DNA of 64,000 nucleotides from a virus. Lineage: Duplodnaviria > Caudoviricetes. Where the stretch lies: positions 1-64,000 of the IMG/VR virus record IMGVR_UViG_3300048502_000133, one strand, 5' to 3'. The translations under genes were made by a program, and so were the position numbers. This document shows, in pieces, positions 8,299 through 18,627 of the stretch. Below the pieces are notes generated by a model. It was given only the letters and a program-made list of their open reading frames with translations, did not search any database and had not been told where the DNA came from. Position 1 is the first letter of the stretch, and each line of letters opens with the position of its first letter.

Positions 8299-10158
8299 AT
8301 GGCCTACGCGGATACCCTGGCAACCAACCAGACGCGCCTTGCCGCGCTTGCCCCCTGGCTCTCCCAGGCACCGGGCAGCGTGATCATGAACCTGCTGCAG
8401 GTGTTTCTCTCCGCAGACGCCGATACCAACGTGGCACTGCTGGGCGCGGCGCCGGGCATCACCTACACGACCGCGACAGGTACGGCCCTGGCAAACAAAG
8501 CGACAGACTACAACGTCGCCCCGTCTACCGGCCAGAGCGCGGGCGACGCGGTAGTGTTTTACTCGCAGTCCCCCGCAGCGTCCACCATCACGCTCCCGGC
8601 GGGCTCCACTGTCGGCACGACCGGCGATGGCGTCGTCACGCCACAGGTCAATTTTACGACCTTGACCGCCGCGACCATCGCCGCCGGGCAGTACGTCTCC
8701 GGCGCGGTGATCTCCGGCGCCACGAACATTATCAACACGACCGTAGGCACCGCGATCGCGGCAGGTTCCCTGGCGAACTCCGCCAACCCGGCGAACCTGG
8801 GGCTATCGGTCTTCGCCAACTGGACGATCACCGCGACCGGCACCGGCGCCTACAGCATCTACAAGAACGGCGTACTGGTGGGCGCCAGCGGCGCCTATGC
8901 GACCGGCACGCTCTACGACTCCCCCAGTATTATTCCCGGCGTGGCGCTGGAGCTGGTAGGGTCGTTAACCTCCGGCGATAGCGCGTTCTTCCAGACCCAG
9001 GCAGGGGCACAGATCGGCGTGCCGGTGCCGGGCTCCGCATCTACCTTGACCGTCACCGCAGCGCTGGCCGCAGGCGCGCTCCGGCTCTCCACGAACACCG
9101 CGAACGTGGGCTTTGTTGCCGCAACCTGGCTGATTACCGCGACCGGCACCGGCACCTTCACCCTCTCCAAAAACGGGACGGTCATCCAGACGGGCCTGGT
9201 CACTGGCCAGCTCTACGATGGAGTGACCTATATTCCCGGCGTGGCGTTCCAGCTCACCGGCTCACTCACCAACACCCAGACCGCGACCTTCAACACCACG
9301 CTGGTCAGCACCGCAGTGGTCTGCACCTCTCCAGGCGTGATCGGCAACGTCCTGGCAGGGGCGATCAATCAGGTCAACGCCAACCTGGCGCCGGGTATCT
9401 CCGTCAGCAACGCCCAGACCGTCTCCGGTGCCGCGAATCCGAACGGAGGCATACACACCGCCGCCTTCGTGACGTTGGGGGTGGATCCGGACACTGACAG
9501 CGCCATACGCCAGAAAATCGCGGTACGCGCGACTCCGGTGAACTCCCTGTCCAACGCGATCGCGGCGATTGCCGCAGTGAGCGGTGTCTACGCCGCGAAC
9601 GTGCTGGACCCCCAGCTTGCCTCCGGCTACGTGTACTACTACGCCTGCGACAGTAACGGAGGCTACGCAGGTATCGCGTCGGGCACCGGCGGCGTGGCAG
9701 GAGACACCGGCTATTACTACATCCAGAACCCCGTCCTGACCGCTGCAAGTCTCGCGGCGAACGTGGACGCGGCGCTGCGGCTGGCGCTTCCGGCAGGCAT
9801 CGTGCCGCGCATCGGAAGCTATTCCGGCGGCGGGCTCATCCCGTTCCAGATTGTGACAATCACCGCGATCAGTGTCACCTTCAGCGCCGCAACCGCCTAC
9901 ACGACAACGGTACTGGCGCCGCTGATTCAAGCCGCAGTGCAGCAGTATATCCAGGGCGTGGCGGGCAACGCGACCTATCCGGGCCTGCAGTTCAATCAGG
10001 TGCCCACTGTCTTCGGGATGATGGCAGCAGCGCAAGCAGCCTGCGGCAATATCTTGACCAACTTCACCCTGACCAGCACGACCCCGGCGATCGGTTCCGC
10101 CAGCCCGCTGATCCTGTACCGCTGCCCGTCGCCTACCGTCACTGTCACGCGGGTATAG
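8299..10158 (+). CDS. baseplate J-like protein with inserted beta modules
   Basis: ITLPAGSTV, VCTSPGVIGNV, GVDPDTDSAIRQKI, AVSGVYAANV are typical baseplate J segments. Confidence 0.85.
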   Translation: MAYADTLATNQTRLAALAPWLSQAPGSVIMNLLQVFLSADADTNVALLGAAPGITYTTATGTALANKATDYNVAPSTGQSAGDAVVFYSQSPAASTITLPAGSTVGTTGDGVVTPQVNFTTLTAATIAAGQYVSGAVISGATNIINTTVGTAIAAGSLANSANPANLGLSVFANWTITATGTGAYSIYKNGVLVGASGAYATGTLYDSPSIIPGVALELVGSLTSGDSAFFQTQAGAQIGVPVPGSASTLTVTAALAAGALRLSTNTANVGFVAATWLITATGTGTFTLSKNGTVIQTGLVTGQLYDGVTYIPGVAFQLTGSLTNTQTATFNTTLVSTAVVCTSPGVIGNVLAGAINQVNANLAPGISVSNAQTVSGAANPNGGIHTAAFVTLGVDPDTDSAIRQKIAVRATPVNSLSNAIAAIAAVSGVYAANVLDPQLASGYVYYYACDSNGGYAGIASGTGGVAGDTGYYYIQNPVLTAASLAANVDAALRLALPAGIVPRIGSYSGGGLIPFQIVTITAISVTFSAATAYTTTVLAPLIQAAVQQYIQGVAGNATYPGLQFNQVPTVFGMMAAAQAACGNILTNFTLTSTTPAIGSASPLILYRCPSPTVTVTRV

Positions 10159-10162
10159 ACCC

Positions 10163-12037
10163 ATGCAGACACAGCGCTACAGGTTCGTCTCCGATTACGC
10201 CGCCGGGGCGTTCACCAACACCACGATGGACACGACCGTCAACGTGGACACGACCAAGAACCACCCGGCGCTGACCCCGCTCCTTTCCGTAGGTGCCGCC
10301 ACGACCTCTACGGGCTCCCAGATCCAGGCCGGGACCAGCACCCCGGTAGCCACGCTCTCCGGCGGCAACGCCTTCAGCCTGGTGGATCTGGTCCTGGTCA
10401 CCGCGCAGACGGGCGACTACTTCACCTTCACCACCACCGCGCCCCAGGTTTCGTTTTTACTTGCCGGTATCCTGGCAGCGGGCCTGGTGCGCTCCGGCGG
10501 CGCGAACGTGGTCGCCAACGCCATCAGAAACGGTGGCATCGTGCAGATCTTGACCAGCACCAATGGTGGATCGACCTACACCCTGGTGCGCACCGTTGAC
10601 CTTGCTGGGATCACCGCCCTGGTCACCTTGAACCTGACCGGCGTGAGTACCGTTGTCAAGGTCTTGTTCACCGGGACGTATAACTCCAGCATCGTGCCCA
10701 TCGGCGCGCTGACGGCAGGCGTCGGCACCAGTATGTCCTCCAGCACGACGATCCCGGCCAGCACCACGCAGACCAGCTTCAAGAGCTACCAGTACCTGAT
10801 CACCTGTACCACCGGCGGCGGTATCGGGACCGGGCGCTTCTCCCTGGGGCGCCGCGCCCTGGGCTCTACGGGCGCGTATACGACTTTCCAGACCAATCTC
10901 GTTACCGGGACGGCGTATGACGGGACGGCGTATATTCCGGGCGTCAAGCTGACGGTCAGCCCTACAACCGCAGTGCTGAACGACACTGCGGCCTTCACCA
11001 CTGACTACGTGATGATGGCAGTGGCGAACATGAACGTCTACGCCGGGACAGGCGGCACCTCCGGCATGTACACCAGCCCGGTGATCGACACCGGCGCGCT
11101 TGATATGCACATGATCCTGGCGGAAATGGCCAGCAGTGACCTGTTCACCGGCGCCACGAACCCGCCCGTCTTCACCTACTCCACCGGCAACACCCCCACC
11201 CCGGACAGCACCTGGCTCACCACGACCGGCCTGATGCTGGATGTGAAGCGATCGGACGGATCGCGCGTGGGCAGAACCTCCGTCAGCCTGCTAGGCGCTA
11301 CGTCCCCCAGCTCCTCCGTCAGCCCGCGCGCCCGCTATGGGCAATGGTCCTTGACGTTCCCGACCGGATTGACGGCGCTTCCCTGGGTACGCGACGTGAC
11401 GCTGTACTCCTGGGTACCGGAGCGCGATCCCTCTTTCCATGACAAGATAGCGGTAGGCGTCCCCTGGTCCCCTGGGCCGACCATGGAGGCGATCCATGGG
11501 CTTCTGGCGGCGATCCTGCAGGATACGCGCAACAACGTGCTGGACTACATCGGCTCCATGAGCATCACCCACGCGGTAGACCAGTACCTGCTGAACATCG
11601 CCAATGATCTGCAGCTGCCCTGGTACAACGGGGAAAATCCCAGCGCGTATCGACTCCGCGCACAGGGTGTCCTGGGAGGGGACAACACCAACGCCTCCAG
11701 CACCCAGATAGCATCGGTCCTGCACACCCTGGTCTCCGGCTACGCCCCGACCACGACCACCTCCACCGTCACCAGCGGGCTGCAAACCGTCCAGGCCAGC
11801 AATACGATCAACGGTGGATCGTATAGCACAACTGTCCAGCAGACCGCGCCCTATCAGGTCACGATCACCATACCGCCGCCCACCAGTGGCGGTACGTTTC
11901 CCGGCTACCCAGGGCTCCCCGGCATCCCGGTAGGCACCGACACCAGCGGGAATCCGCTCCTGGGCAGGCAGATCATCGCCGGACTGATTGCCGCGATCTC
12001 CCACGCTGGGCTCAAGACCACGATCGTCTACCAGTAA
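10163..12037 (+). CDS. baseplate/tail protein with C-terminal gpI-like domain
   Basis: DQYLLNIANDLQLPWYNGENPSAYRLRA resembles gpI/DUF2313-type wedge domain; follows baseplate J. Confidence 0.6.
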   Translation: MQTQRYRFVSDYAAGAFTNTTMDTTVNVDTTKNHPALTPLLSVGAATTSTGSQIQAGTSTPVATLSGGNAFSLVDLVLVTAQTGDYFTFTTTAPQVSFLLAGILAAGLVRSGGANVVANAIRNGGIVQILTSTNGGSTYTLVRTVDLAGITALVTLNLTGVSTVVKVLFTGTYNSSIVPIGALTAGVGTSMSSSTTIPASTTQTSFKSYQYLITCTTGGGIGTGRFSLGRRALGSTGAYTTFQTNLVTGTAYDGTAYIPGVKLTVSPTTAVLNDTAAFTTDYVMMAVANMNVYAGTGGTSGMYTSPVIDTGALDMHMILAEMASSDLFTGATNPPVFTYSTGNTPTPDSTWLTTTGLMLDVKRSDGSRVGRTSVSLLGATSPSSSVSPRARYGQWSLTFPTGLTALPWVRDVTLYSWVPERDPSFHDKIAVGVPWSPGPTMEAIHGLLAAILQDTRNNVLDYIGSMSITHAVDQYLLNIANDLQLPWYNGENPSAYRLRAQGVLGGDNTNASSTQIASVLHTLVSGYAPTTTTSTVTSGLQTVQASNTINGGSYSTTVQQTAPYQVTITIPPPTSGGTFPGYPGLPGIPVGTDTSGNPLLGRQIIAGLIAAISHAGLKTTIVYQ

Positions 12038-12046
12038 GGAGGAAGC

Positions 12047-13234
12047 GTGGCAGAATTTACCGATCTGGTTACCAGCCTGGCGCAAGTGAACCTCAACACG
12101 CTTGCCCAGGCCCAGTCCTATGTTGTCTCCGGCGGGCTCCCGTCGCTCTCCGGGACACTTACCCTCAGTCAACCCGCGACCACAGCCGTTGTCCTGGTCT
12201 CCGGGTCTGCAGTGGTGGTCACCACCGGTGTGACGCCGCTGGTGTTCACCGCCTCCAGCACCCAGTACGTCGATCTCTCCACCACCGGCACCTACACGAT
12301 CACCACCTCCAGCACCGTCACCGCGAACAGCACCCGTCTCTACAAGACGATCTCCAACGGTACCCAGGTCACGTCTATTACCCAGCTGAACGATCTCTTC
12401 AGTACGGGCTCCCTGGTGGCGAACTCCGCCACGCCCAGCCAGCCGCTAGGCTCCTGGTTGATCGCGGCGGCGAATGAAGCGACCAACCTCAACCCGGCGG
12501 TCTCCCCTACCGACACGCTTCAGCAGACCATCTGGAGAATACTCTACAAACTCAACAATGGCGGCGCTGGCGGCGTACTCCAGTCAGCAGTAGGCTACGA
12601 TTCGACCGAAGCCTTTACCGCATCAGGCTCCAGCTCCCTGCTGGACAACATGAACCACCTCCGCAAAGCCGCCGCCTCCCTCTTCGGCAGCACCTGGGCG
12701 AATACACTCGCCAACGCGAAAGCCGCGATCTTGTCGGACGGGACGAACGCCGGTTCCGCTGTGGGTATGGGCAGCAGCGCGGTGTCCGTCGCCTCTCTGG
12801 CCGCAAGCACGACCGTCACCGCGACGGGGCTGGTGACCGGCAGTGGTATCGTCCTGGGCGGGTCCGGTATTCAGACGGGCGGCAGCACGCCGTCAATCAC
12901 CAACCTCCCCACCAACACCTCTCTGAACTCTATCTCCGGCAACAACAGCGCCGGGAAGGTCGTCATTAACCTGAACACCGGCTTCAGCCTTTCATCGAAC
13001 AACGCGATACGCATCTGTACGGTGAATTTCAACCCCGGCACGACCTACGGCACCAGCGTGCCCCTTGTCCAGCTCACCATGTATGCCCTGGGGTATCAGA
13101 CGGTGGTCCTGAGTTTTTTCAACTCCAACACCAGCGGATCCGCGAACAGCTTTGACGTGTACATGATCAACGTGGCCGGGTTTGCCTGCGCCGGGCCTAC
13201 CACGCTTCAATTCTCCTACTTCACCGCCATTTAA
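12047..13234 (+). CDS. tail fibre / receptor-binding protein
   Basis: Position after J and I; Ser/Thr/Gly-rich with a C-terminal beta domain. Confidence 0.65.
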   Translation: MAEFTDLVTSLAQVNLNTLAQAQSYVVSGGLPSLSGTLTLSQPATTAVVLVSGSAVVVTTGVTPLVFTASSTQYVDLSTTGTYTITTSSTVTANSTRLYKTISNGTQVTSITQLNDLFSTGSLVANSATPSQPLGSWLIAAANEATNLNPAVSPTDTLQQTIWRILYKLNNGGAGGVLQSAVGYDSTEAFTASGSSSLLDNMNHLRKAAASLFGSTWANTLANAKAAILSDGTNAGSAVGMGSSAVSVASLAASTTVTATGLVTGSGIVLGGSGIQTGGSTPSITNLPTNTSLNSISGNNSAGKVVINLNTGFSLSSNNAIRICTVNFNPGTTYGTSVPLVQLTMYALGYQTVVLSFFNSNTSGSANSFDVYMINVAGFACAGPTTLQFSYFTAI

Positions 13235-13243
13235 GGAGCAACC

Positions 13244-13774
13244 ATGCCTATCGAACGCCGCCGGGTGCTCTACGTGTCGCCCGCAGACAACGTGCATGAT
13301 GCCCTCCTTGCCGTTGCGCAGGCCGCGACCGTCAGCCTGTATATGTCCATCTACGGCTTCACCCTGGATGACCTGGCGGAAGTATTCATCGCCAAGCACC
13401 AGGCAGGCTTGCAGGTGGGCATTGTCGCGGATCGCAGTCAAGCCGCAGGGCCAGCGGAGCGCGCCATCCTGCAGAAGCTGGTCAACGCCGGAGTGCCTGT
13501 AACCATCGCCACCGCTCCAACCGGCGCGATCAACCACGAAAAAGTCTTGCTGGTCGACCTGGAACTGGGCGCGGATCACAACCAGAGCTTCGCCGTCTAC
13601 GGTTCGTTCAACTTCAGCTTCGGTGCCGCCAAGCAGGAGAACCACCTGCAGACCGACAACGACCCTTCGGTCTGTGCGTACCTCTGGAAGCAGTACCAGG
13701 AGACGGAGGCGCATGGGAAGCTGCACCCAGAATGGCAGCTGGTGCCGCAGGTGCCGCCCGTCCCAGCGGTCTAG
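13244..13774 (+). CDS. phospholipase D superfamily protein (single HKD, Nuc-like)
   Basis: HEKVLLVD (HxKxxxxD) followed by GSFNFS; IYGFT and IVADRSQ match PLDc_2-type proteins. Confidence 0.85.
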   Translation: MPIERRRVLYVSPADNVHDALLAVAQAATVSLYMSIYGFTLDDLAEVFIAKHQAGLQVGIVADRSQAAGPAERAILQKLVNAGVPVTIATAPTGAINHEKVLLVDLELGADHNQSFAVYGSFNFSFGAAKQENHLQTDNDPSVCAYLWKQYQETEAHGKLHPEWQLVPQVPPVPAV

Positions 13775-13777
13775 CCC

Positions 13778-14524
13778 ATGGCCACCACGCTGTATCTAGG
13801 AGCGTTCTCCGTCGCGGGCCTGCCCGCACCTACAACCGCACAGCTCACCTGGGGCACCGCTAACGCCTTCACCCCGCAATCGCTCACGCTTACCCAGCAG
13901 TCCGGTACAGAGATCACCGCGTTTCTCTCGCGAAACACCGGCACGAACTTGGAGATTGTCTGCATTTCCCCCCGCCTCAACGCCGGGGCTATCAGCGGGT
14001 CTCTCAGCAGCTTCGGCGCGGCAGTGACGGGCTTCGCCACCACGACCGTCAACGCGGCGCTGGGTTTATATATCTGGAAATACGACAACAGCGGCGTGCG
14101 CGGTGTCCTGCTGCCCACTACCAGCGTGACTGCCGCGTCGAACACCACCAGCAGCGAACAGACGCTCTGGTCAAACACCGGCTGGTCGTTGACTTCGCAG
14201 ACCGCCCAACTGGGCGACACGCTGGTGCTGGAAATAGGGGATAACTGGTCATCCGCCCCCACCAGCGGCGGCGGCTTCTACTATCGAGGGCAGACCGCAA
14301 TCACCGCGAACGGCGTAGCGACCAGTGATCCGCTTTCGTTTATCACGCTCTCTCAGACGCTTTCCTTCTACGCGGATCCGTACCCCTCCGGCTACCACGC
14401 CGCCGGGTTCCCCAACCCGGTGTACCGCATGGGCGACGATCAGCCGCGCCCATCGCGCCGCCGCCCGTCCGGTATCCACATTCCCAGGGCTCCTCTAGGC
14501 CCGCATCCTGTGCGTTACAGGTAA
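13778..14524 (+). CDS. putative virion structural protein
   Basis: Thr/Ser/Gly-rich beta-type composition, co-oriented in tail operon. Confidence 0.45.
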   Translation: MATTLYLGAFSVAGLPAPTTAQLTWGTANAFTPQSLTLTQQSGTEITAFLSRNTGTNLEIVCISPRLNAGAISGSLSSFGAAVTGFATTTVNAALGLYIWKYDNSGVRGVLLPTTSVTAASNTTSSEQTLWSNTGWSLTSQTAQLGDTLVLEIGDNWSSAPTSGGGFYYRGQTAITANGVATSDPLSFITLSQTLSFYADPYPSGYHAAGFPNPVYRMGDDQPRPSRRRPSGIHIPRAPLGPHPVRYR

Positions 14525-14534
14525 GGAGGCTTTC

Positions 14535-15023
14535 ATGGCACAACCTGGCGGGCCTTGTATCACCGCAAGCGGCGTATTTACCCCAAGCGCAAACGGGCTC
14601 TGCTTTCTCTCAGTACCCGGTGTCGCGAACAAGACGATCGAAGTAGTCCGGCTGGAGATGGGCTTCAATACCGCAACCTCCGCAGTGGTGGGTATCCAGC
14701 TGGGCATTGCGACCGCGAATACCGGCAACACCATGGGCGGCACCGTCACCATTGCCAGTGCCTCCGGTACCGGCGCGTCCAGCGCCTTCGCCCCTACGCT
14801 CTGGAGCGCCGGTACCGCCGCAGCCAGCGCCGCGACCGGCTGGAGCCAGCGCCTGAACTGGTACGTCAACGTCCTGTCGGGGCTGGTGTATCTTCCTGTC
14901 CCGGAAGAGCGTATCCAGCTCAACCCCGGCGCCTCTGAGTACCTGCTGGCGGGCTTCCTCGCGGCAGCGGTACCTCCTGCGGTCTCCACGTCTGTCAATC
15001 TGGTGTACCGGGAGATCTGGTAG
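14535..15023 (+). CDS. putative virion structural protein
   Basis: AAGGAGG RBS; 162 aa beta-rich; tail operon. Confidence 0.45.
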   Translation: MAQPGGPCITASGVFTPSANGLCFLSVPGVANKTIEVVRLEMGFNTATSAVVGIQLGIATANTGNTMGGTVTIASASGTGASSAFAPTLWSAGTAAASAATGWSQRLNWYVNVLSGLVYLPVPEERIQLNPGASEYLLAGFLAAAVPPAVSTSVNLVYREIW

Positions 15024-15090
15024 ACACCGAACGCGATCCCCCTCCCGCACCAAAAAGACAGGAAACCTACAAGTCAATGGAGGCTTTAAC

Positions 15091-15594
15091 GTGAGCTTAA
15101 CAGGTCAGGCGTTCGGTGATTACTTTGAAGGCTACCTCCTGAGCTTCTTGAAGGGCACCACAGGCGCCGGTACTCCCTTCAACGGCTCTACCCCTCCGGC
15201 AAACCTCTACGTCGCCCTGATGACCGCAAATCCTGCGGATACAGGCACGCTGGGCTCCCCGTCGAACGGTACCGAAGTCACCACGACCAACGGCACCACC
15301 GGCTGGTCTGCCTATGCTCGTATTGCCATCGCGTCTTCGGGCTGGAGCGCGATTGCCGCAGCGACGGGCGACAGTACCGGCCAGCAGATCTCCAACTCCG
15401 CAGCGATTGGCGGCGCGGGTACTGCCTGGCAGAATGGCGGCGGCTCCTCCGTCACGATCACAGGTATCTCTATCTGGGATGCGTCCACGTCCGGCAACCT
15501 GTGGTTCTGGACCTCGCTCACCAGCAACCAGCCCGTCGCAAACGGATCCGCCTTCAGCATCGGTGTCGCGGGCATCGTGATCCAGGTCGATTAA
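15091..15594 (+). CDS. minor tail / fibre-associated protein
   Basis: LYVALMTANP...YARIAI...TITGISIWDASTSGNLWF pattern recurs in phage minor tail proteins. Confidence 0.6.
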   Translation: MSLTGQAFGDYFEGYLLSFLKGTTGAGTPFNGSTPPANLYVALMTANPADTGTLGSPSNGTEVTTTNGTTGWSAYARIAIASSGWSAIAAATGDSTGQQISNSAAIGGAGTAWQNGGGSSVTITGISIWDASTSGNLWFWTSLTSNQPVANGSAFSIGVAGIVIQVD

Positions 15595-15661
15595 CAGGGA
15601 GGCTCCGCAGCTAGCGATCCCTCACACTGGCGGCACTGTGGCCCGGAGGAGGTAGGGCGCG

Positions 15662-18616
15662 ATGGCCTACACATACCGCCCGCCCGATCCGATTCGGGCC
15701 ATATTGCCCGGCGCGGCGCTCCTGGGCGGCGTGCCCATTGTCCTGGCGTCTCTCAACCCGATGGCCGCAGGGGCGGCAATCCCCGGCGGTATCAGCCAGC
15801 AACCCTCTGTCATTGCCGCAGGCGCGGCGACCACCTCCACCTCTACCGTTGACGTAGCAGGGGCGCTCCAGGCGTTTGCCGCAGGGGCGTCCGGCACACT
15901 GATAATCAGTGTCGATGCGACCGGCGATATAACGGTCTTTACCGCAGGGGCAGCCAGCCCGATCGCCCCGTCTCTTGACGCGACGGAGAACACCGGTGCC
16001 TTCGCCGGTGGATCGGCGCTCCCCAGCATCACCCCGGTTCTCAGCAACGCGCCAGCGCTGGGCGCCGGTGCGGCGATCCCCGGCACGATCAACCAGCAGC
16101 CGAACCCGGCAGGCGCCGGGTCCAGTATTCCGGTTATTCCCTCGATCATCACCCCTGGCGCGGTAAAGCCAGGCTCCGGCATGGCGATCACGATCGTGCC
16201 GGTGATTGTTCCCGGTACCGTCACGCCCGGTGCCGGTGCGGCGATCCCTCCGCCGGTACCGGCACTCTCGCAAAGCGTGGCCCCAGGCGCCGGTGCGGCG
16301 ATCCCTATCGGGACACCGACCATTACCCCTGGCGCCGTCACGCCCGGTGCCGGTGCAGCCGTTGTCCCGGCGCCGGTAGTCACCCCTGGCGCCGTCACCG
16401 CAGGAGCGGGCGCGGCGCTGGTCCCGGCTCCTGTCGTGGTTCCCGGTGTCGGCCCCGTTGCTGCGGGCGCCGCGATTCCCGGCACGATCAACCAGCAGCC
16501 GAACCCGGCAGGCGTCGGTGCGGCGATCCCCGGCACGATCAGCCAGCAACCCAACCCCGCAGCTGCGGGCGCGGCCATCCCGGCTATCACGCCGATCATT
16601 GCCTCTCCAGTGACTGCTGGCGCGGGCGCTGCGGCGCCTATCGGGGCGCCGGGCATCACGCCAGCCAGTGTCCAGGCCCAGGCAGGCGCCCAGGTTCTCG
16701 CAACCCCGCTCACAGGTCTTGGGGCGCTTGGGGCGGGCTCCCAGCTCCTGGTTACCCCGGTAATTACCCCTGGCGCCGTTGCTCCCGGCGCCGGTGCGGC
16801 GGGTGTCATCGCGCCGGTTATCTCCTCTTCGGCAACCGCCGGTGCAGGTGCCGCGCTGGTTCCGGCCCCCGGTGTCTCCAGCCCGGCCACCGCCGGTGCA
16901 GGCGCCGCGTTAGTCCCCGCTCCTGTGCTGTCCAGCCCGGCAACCGCAGGAGCTGGCGCCAGTATTCCTGGACAAATCAACCAGCAGCCCGCACCTATGG
17001 GCGCCGGTGCAGCCGTTGTCCCGGCTCCTGCTCTCGCGCAACCCGCGACCATGGCCGCAGGGGCAGCGGTCCTTGTCAGTGGTGTACAGCCACCCAACCC
17101 CGCTGGCGCCGGGGCGTCGATCACTGTCTCCAGTATCGTCATTACGGCACCGTCCACGTTCCAGGCAGGCGCCGGTATTCCTGGGCAGATTAACCAGCAA
17201 CCCAGCCCCGCCGGTGCGGGCGCCGCCCTGACACCGGGATCGTCGGTCGCCCAGAATGTCACCATGGCCGCAGGGGCGGCCATCCCGCAGGTGACCGCCG
17301 CGCCGCCCTTTATGGACGCAGGGGCGGCGATTCCACCCATTACACCCATAGTCACGCCTGCCAGCCTGCCCGCCCCAGCAGGCGCATATATGCCTACGGT
17401 GACCCCGATCATCGTGGGCAACGTCATAGCGATTCTTGGCCCAACCGAAGCAGGGGCGGCGATCCCGGCCCCGCAGCCGCTGATCACCGGATCAGCACTG
17501 CCCATGGCTGCCCCAGCCTCCAGCCCAGCTGTCCCGGCGGGTGTCGGCGTCGTTCCGGTACTGGGCGCTGGTTGTACTATCACCCTGTCAAGGGGAGTAC
17601 TCACACCGGGAATACTCACGCACCTTGCAGGCGCCGCACTGACGCCCTCCGGTATCGGTATCACGCTCGTTACCCCGGTAGACACATCTACCGGATCCAG
17701 CATTCCGCCGCCCGGCTCCCAGATCTCGCCTGCTGCTCCTGCGACCTTCGCCGCCGCAGCGGCTCTCCCCGCGCCAGTGGGTGTCGTCTCTGTAGTGCCG
17801 TTCGGGCTGACTGCCGCAGGGGGCGCCGGGATCCCGGCCCCAGTAGGAAGCATCACCCCCGGTACCGGGCTGCAGGTGTTCTCCGCAGGGGCGTCCGGGC
17901 TCCTGGTCCCGGTGATCACCGGAAGCACCGCCCCTGCAGCGTCCGGGTCCAGTGTGTTCCAGGGATCGCAGATTTCCGGCGCGCTAGGGGTTGCCGGGGC
18001 AGGGGCTGCAGGTACGACCGTCCCGGTGCTTGCCGGTACGCGCGTTTTTTCCGCAGGGGCGTCCGGGCTCCTGGTCCCGCAGATCTCCCAGCCAGGCATC
18101 TTTCCCGCAGGCTCCAGCGTCCTCGCGCCGGTGCCGGGCGTCACGTTTTCACCCGTTTTTGCCACAGGCGCGGCGATCCAGCCCCACCCGTCACTCACTG
18201 CGATCCTGGCCGCAGGGGGCGGCGCTGTGGGTAAGATTTCCGGCCTACAGCTCACGTACACCGGCGCCCTGGCCCAGGCAGCGGCGGCGATCAACGCAAC
18301 GCAGGTACAGACACACCTCTTGCTTCCGGCGGGAGGCCAGTTGGTTGTTGTCCCTACCGTCACGCCTGTTGTCCCGGCGCTTTCCGCAAGCGCGGCCCTG
18401 CCCACCCAGCCGTATGTGCTGGCCCCCGGCGGCGCAATTCGGCTGTATGCGTCGTGGTCCCTCACTACCCTTGCGGGGCAGTGGGGCGCCCCGGTGTACT
18501 ACGGTGTTTGGTCACTCACCACGCTCTTCGGCCAGTGGGGCGCCCCGGTGTACTACGGTGTTTGGTCACTCACGACGATCCAGGCACAGTGGGTCACCGG
18601 CACGCTGACGCCCTAG
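15662..18616 (+). CDS. 984-aa Ala/Gly/Pro-rich repetitive fibre-like virion protein
   Basis: Dozens of AGAAIP/AGAGA-centred repeats (e.g. AGAAIPGTINQQPNPAG); GGAGG RBS upstream. Confidence 0.6.
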   Translation: MAYTYRPPDPIRAILPGAALLGGVPIVLASLNPMAAGAAIPGGISQQPSVIAAGAATTSTSTVDVAGALQAFAAGASGTLIISVDATGDITVFTAGAASPIAPSLDATENTGAFAGGSALPSITPVLSNAPALGAGAAIPGTINQQPNPAGAGSSIPVIPSIITPGAVKPGSGMAITIVPVIVPGTVTPGAGAAIPPPVPALSQSVAPGAGAAIPIGTPTITPGAVTPGAGAAVVPAPVVTPGAVTAGAGAALVPAPVVVPGVGPVAAGAAIPGTINQQPNPAGVGAAIPGTISQQPNPAAAGAAIPAITPIIASPVTAGAGAAAPIGAPGITPASVQAQAGAQVLATPLTGLGALGAGSQLLVTPVITPGAVAPGAGAAGVIAPVISSSATAGAGAALVPAPGVSSPATAGAGAALVPAPVLSSPATAGAGASIPGQINQQPAPMGAGAAVVPAPALAQPATMAAGAAVLVSGVQPPNPAGAGASITVSSIVITAPSTFQAGAGIPGQINQQPSPAGAGAALTPGSSVAQNVTMAAGAAIPQVTAAPPFMDAGAAIPPITPIVTPASLPAPAGAYMPTVTPIIVGNVIAILGPTEAGAAIPAPQPLITGSALPMAAPASSPAVPAGVGVVPVLGAGCTITLSRGVLTPGILTHLAGAALTPSGIGITLVTPVDTSTGSSIPPPGSQISPAAPATFAAAAALPAPVGVVSVVPFGLTAAGGAGIPAPVGSITPGTGLQVFSAGASGLLVPVITGSTAPAASGSSVFQGSQISGALGVAGAGAAGTTVPVLAGTRVFSAGASGLLVPQISQPGIFPAGSSVLAPVPGVTFSPVFATGAAIQPHPSLTAILAAGGGAVGKISGLQLTYTGALAQAAAAINATQVQTHLLLPAGGQLVVVPTVTPVVPALSASAALPTQPYVLAPGGAIRLYASWSLTTLAGQWGAPVYYGVWSLTTLFGQWGAPVYYGVWSLTTIQAQWVTGTLTP
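18455..18592 (+). repeat. 54-bp (18-aa) coding tandem repeat, about 2.5 copies
   Basis: WSLTT at 18455, 18509, 18563; CAGTGGGGCGCCCCGGTGTACTACGGTGTTTGGTCACTCAC at 18479 and 18533. Confidence 0.9.
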
Positions 18617-18627
18617 CAGGAGGATTC

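Noticed and set aside
15667-18465. 932-aa antisense ORF (also 4262-5299, 9262-10164, 36020-36931 and similar)
   Set aside because: Mirror frames of GC-rich, Ala/Gly-biased genes; no RBS or domain motifs; the sense strand has the coherent operon
18455-18592. 54-bp repeats as a CRISPR array or DGR variable/template repeat
   Set aside because: Repeats are contiguous and in frame inside a CDS, with no unique spacers; differences are not adenine-specific; no cas or reverse transcriptase gene in the window
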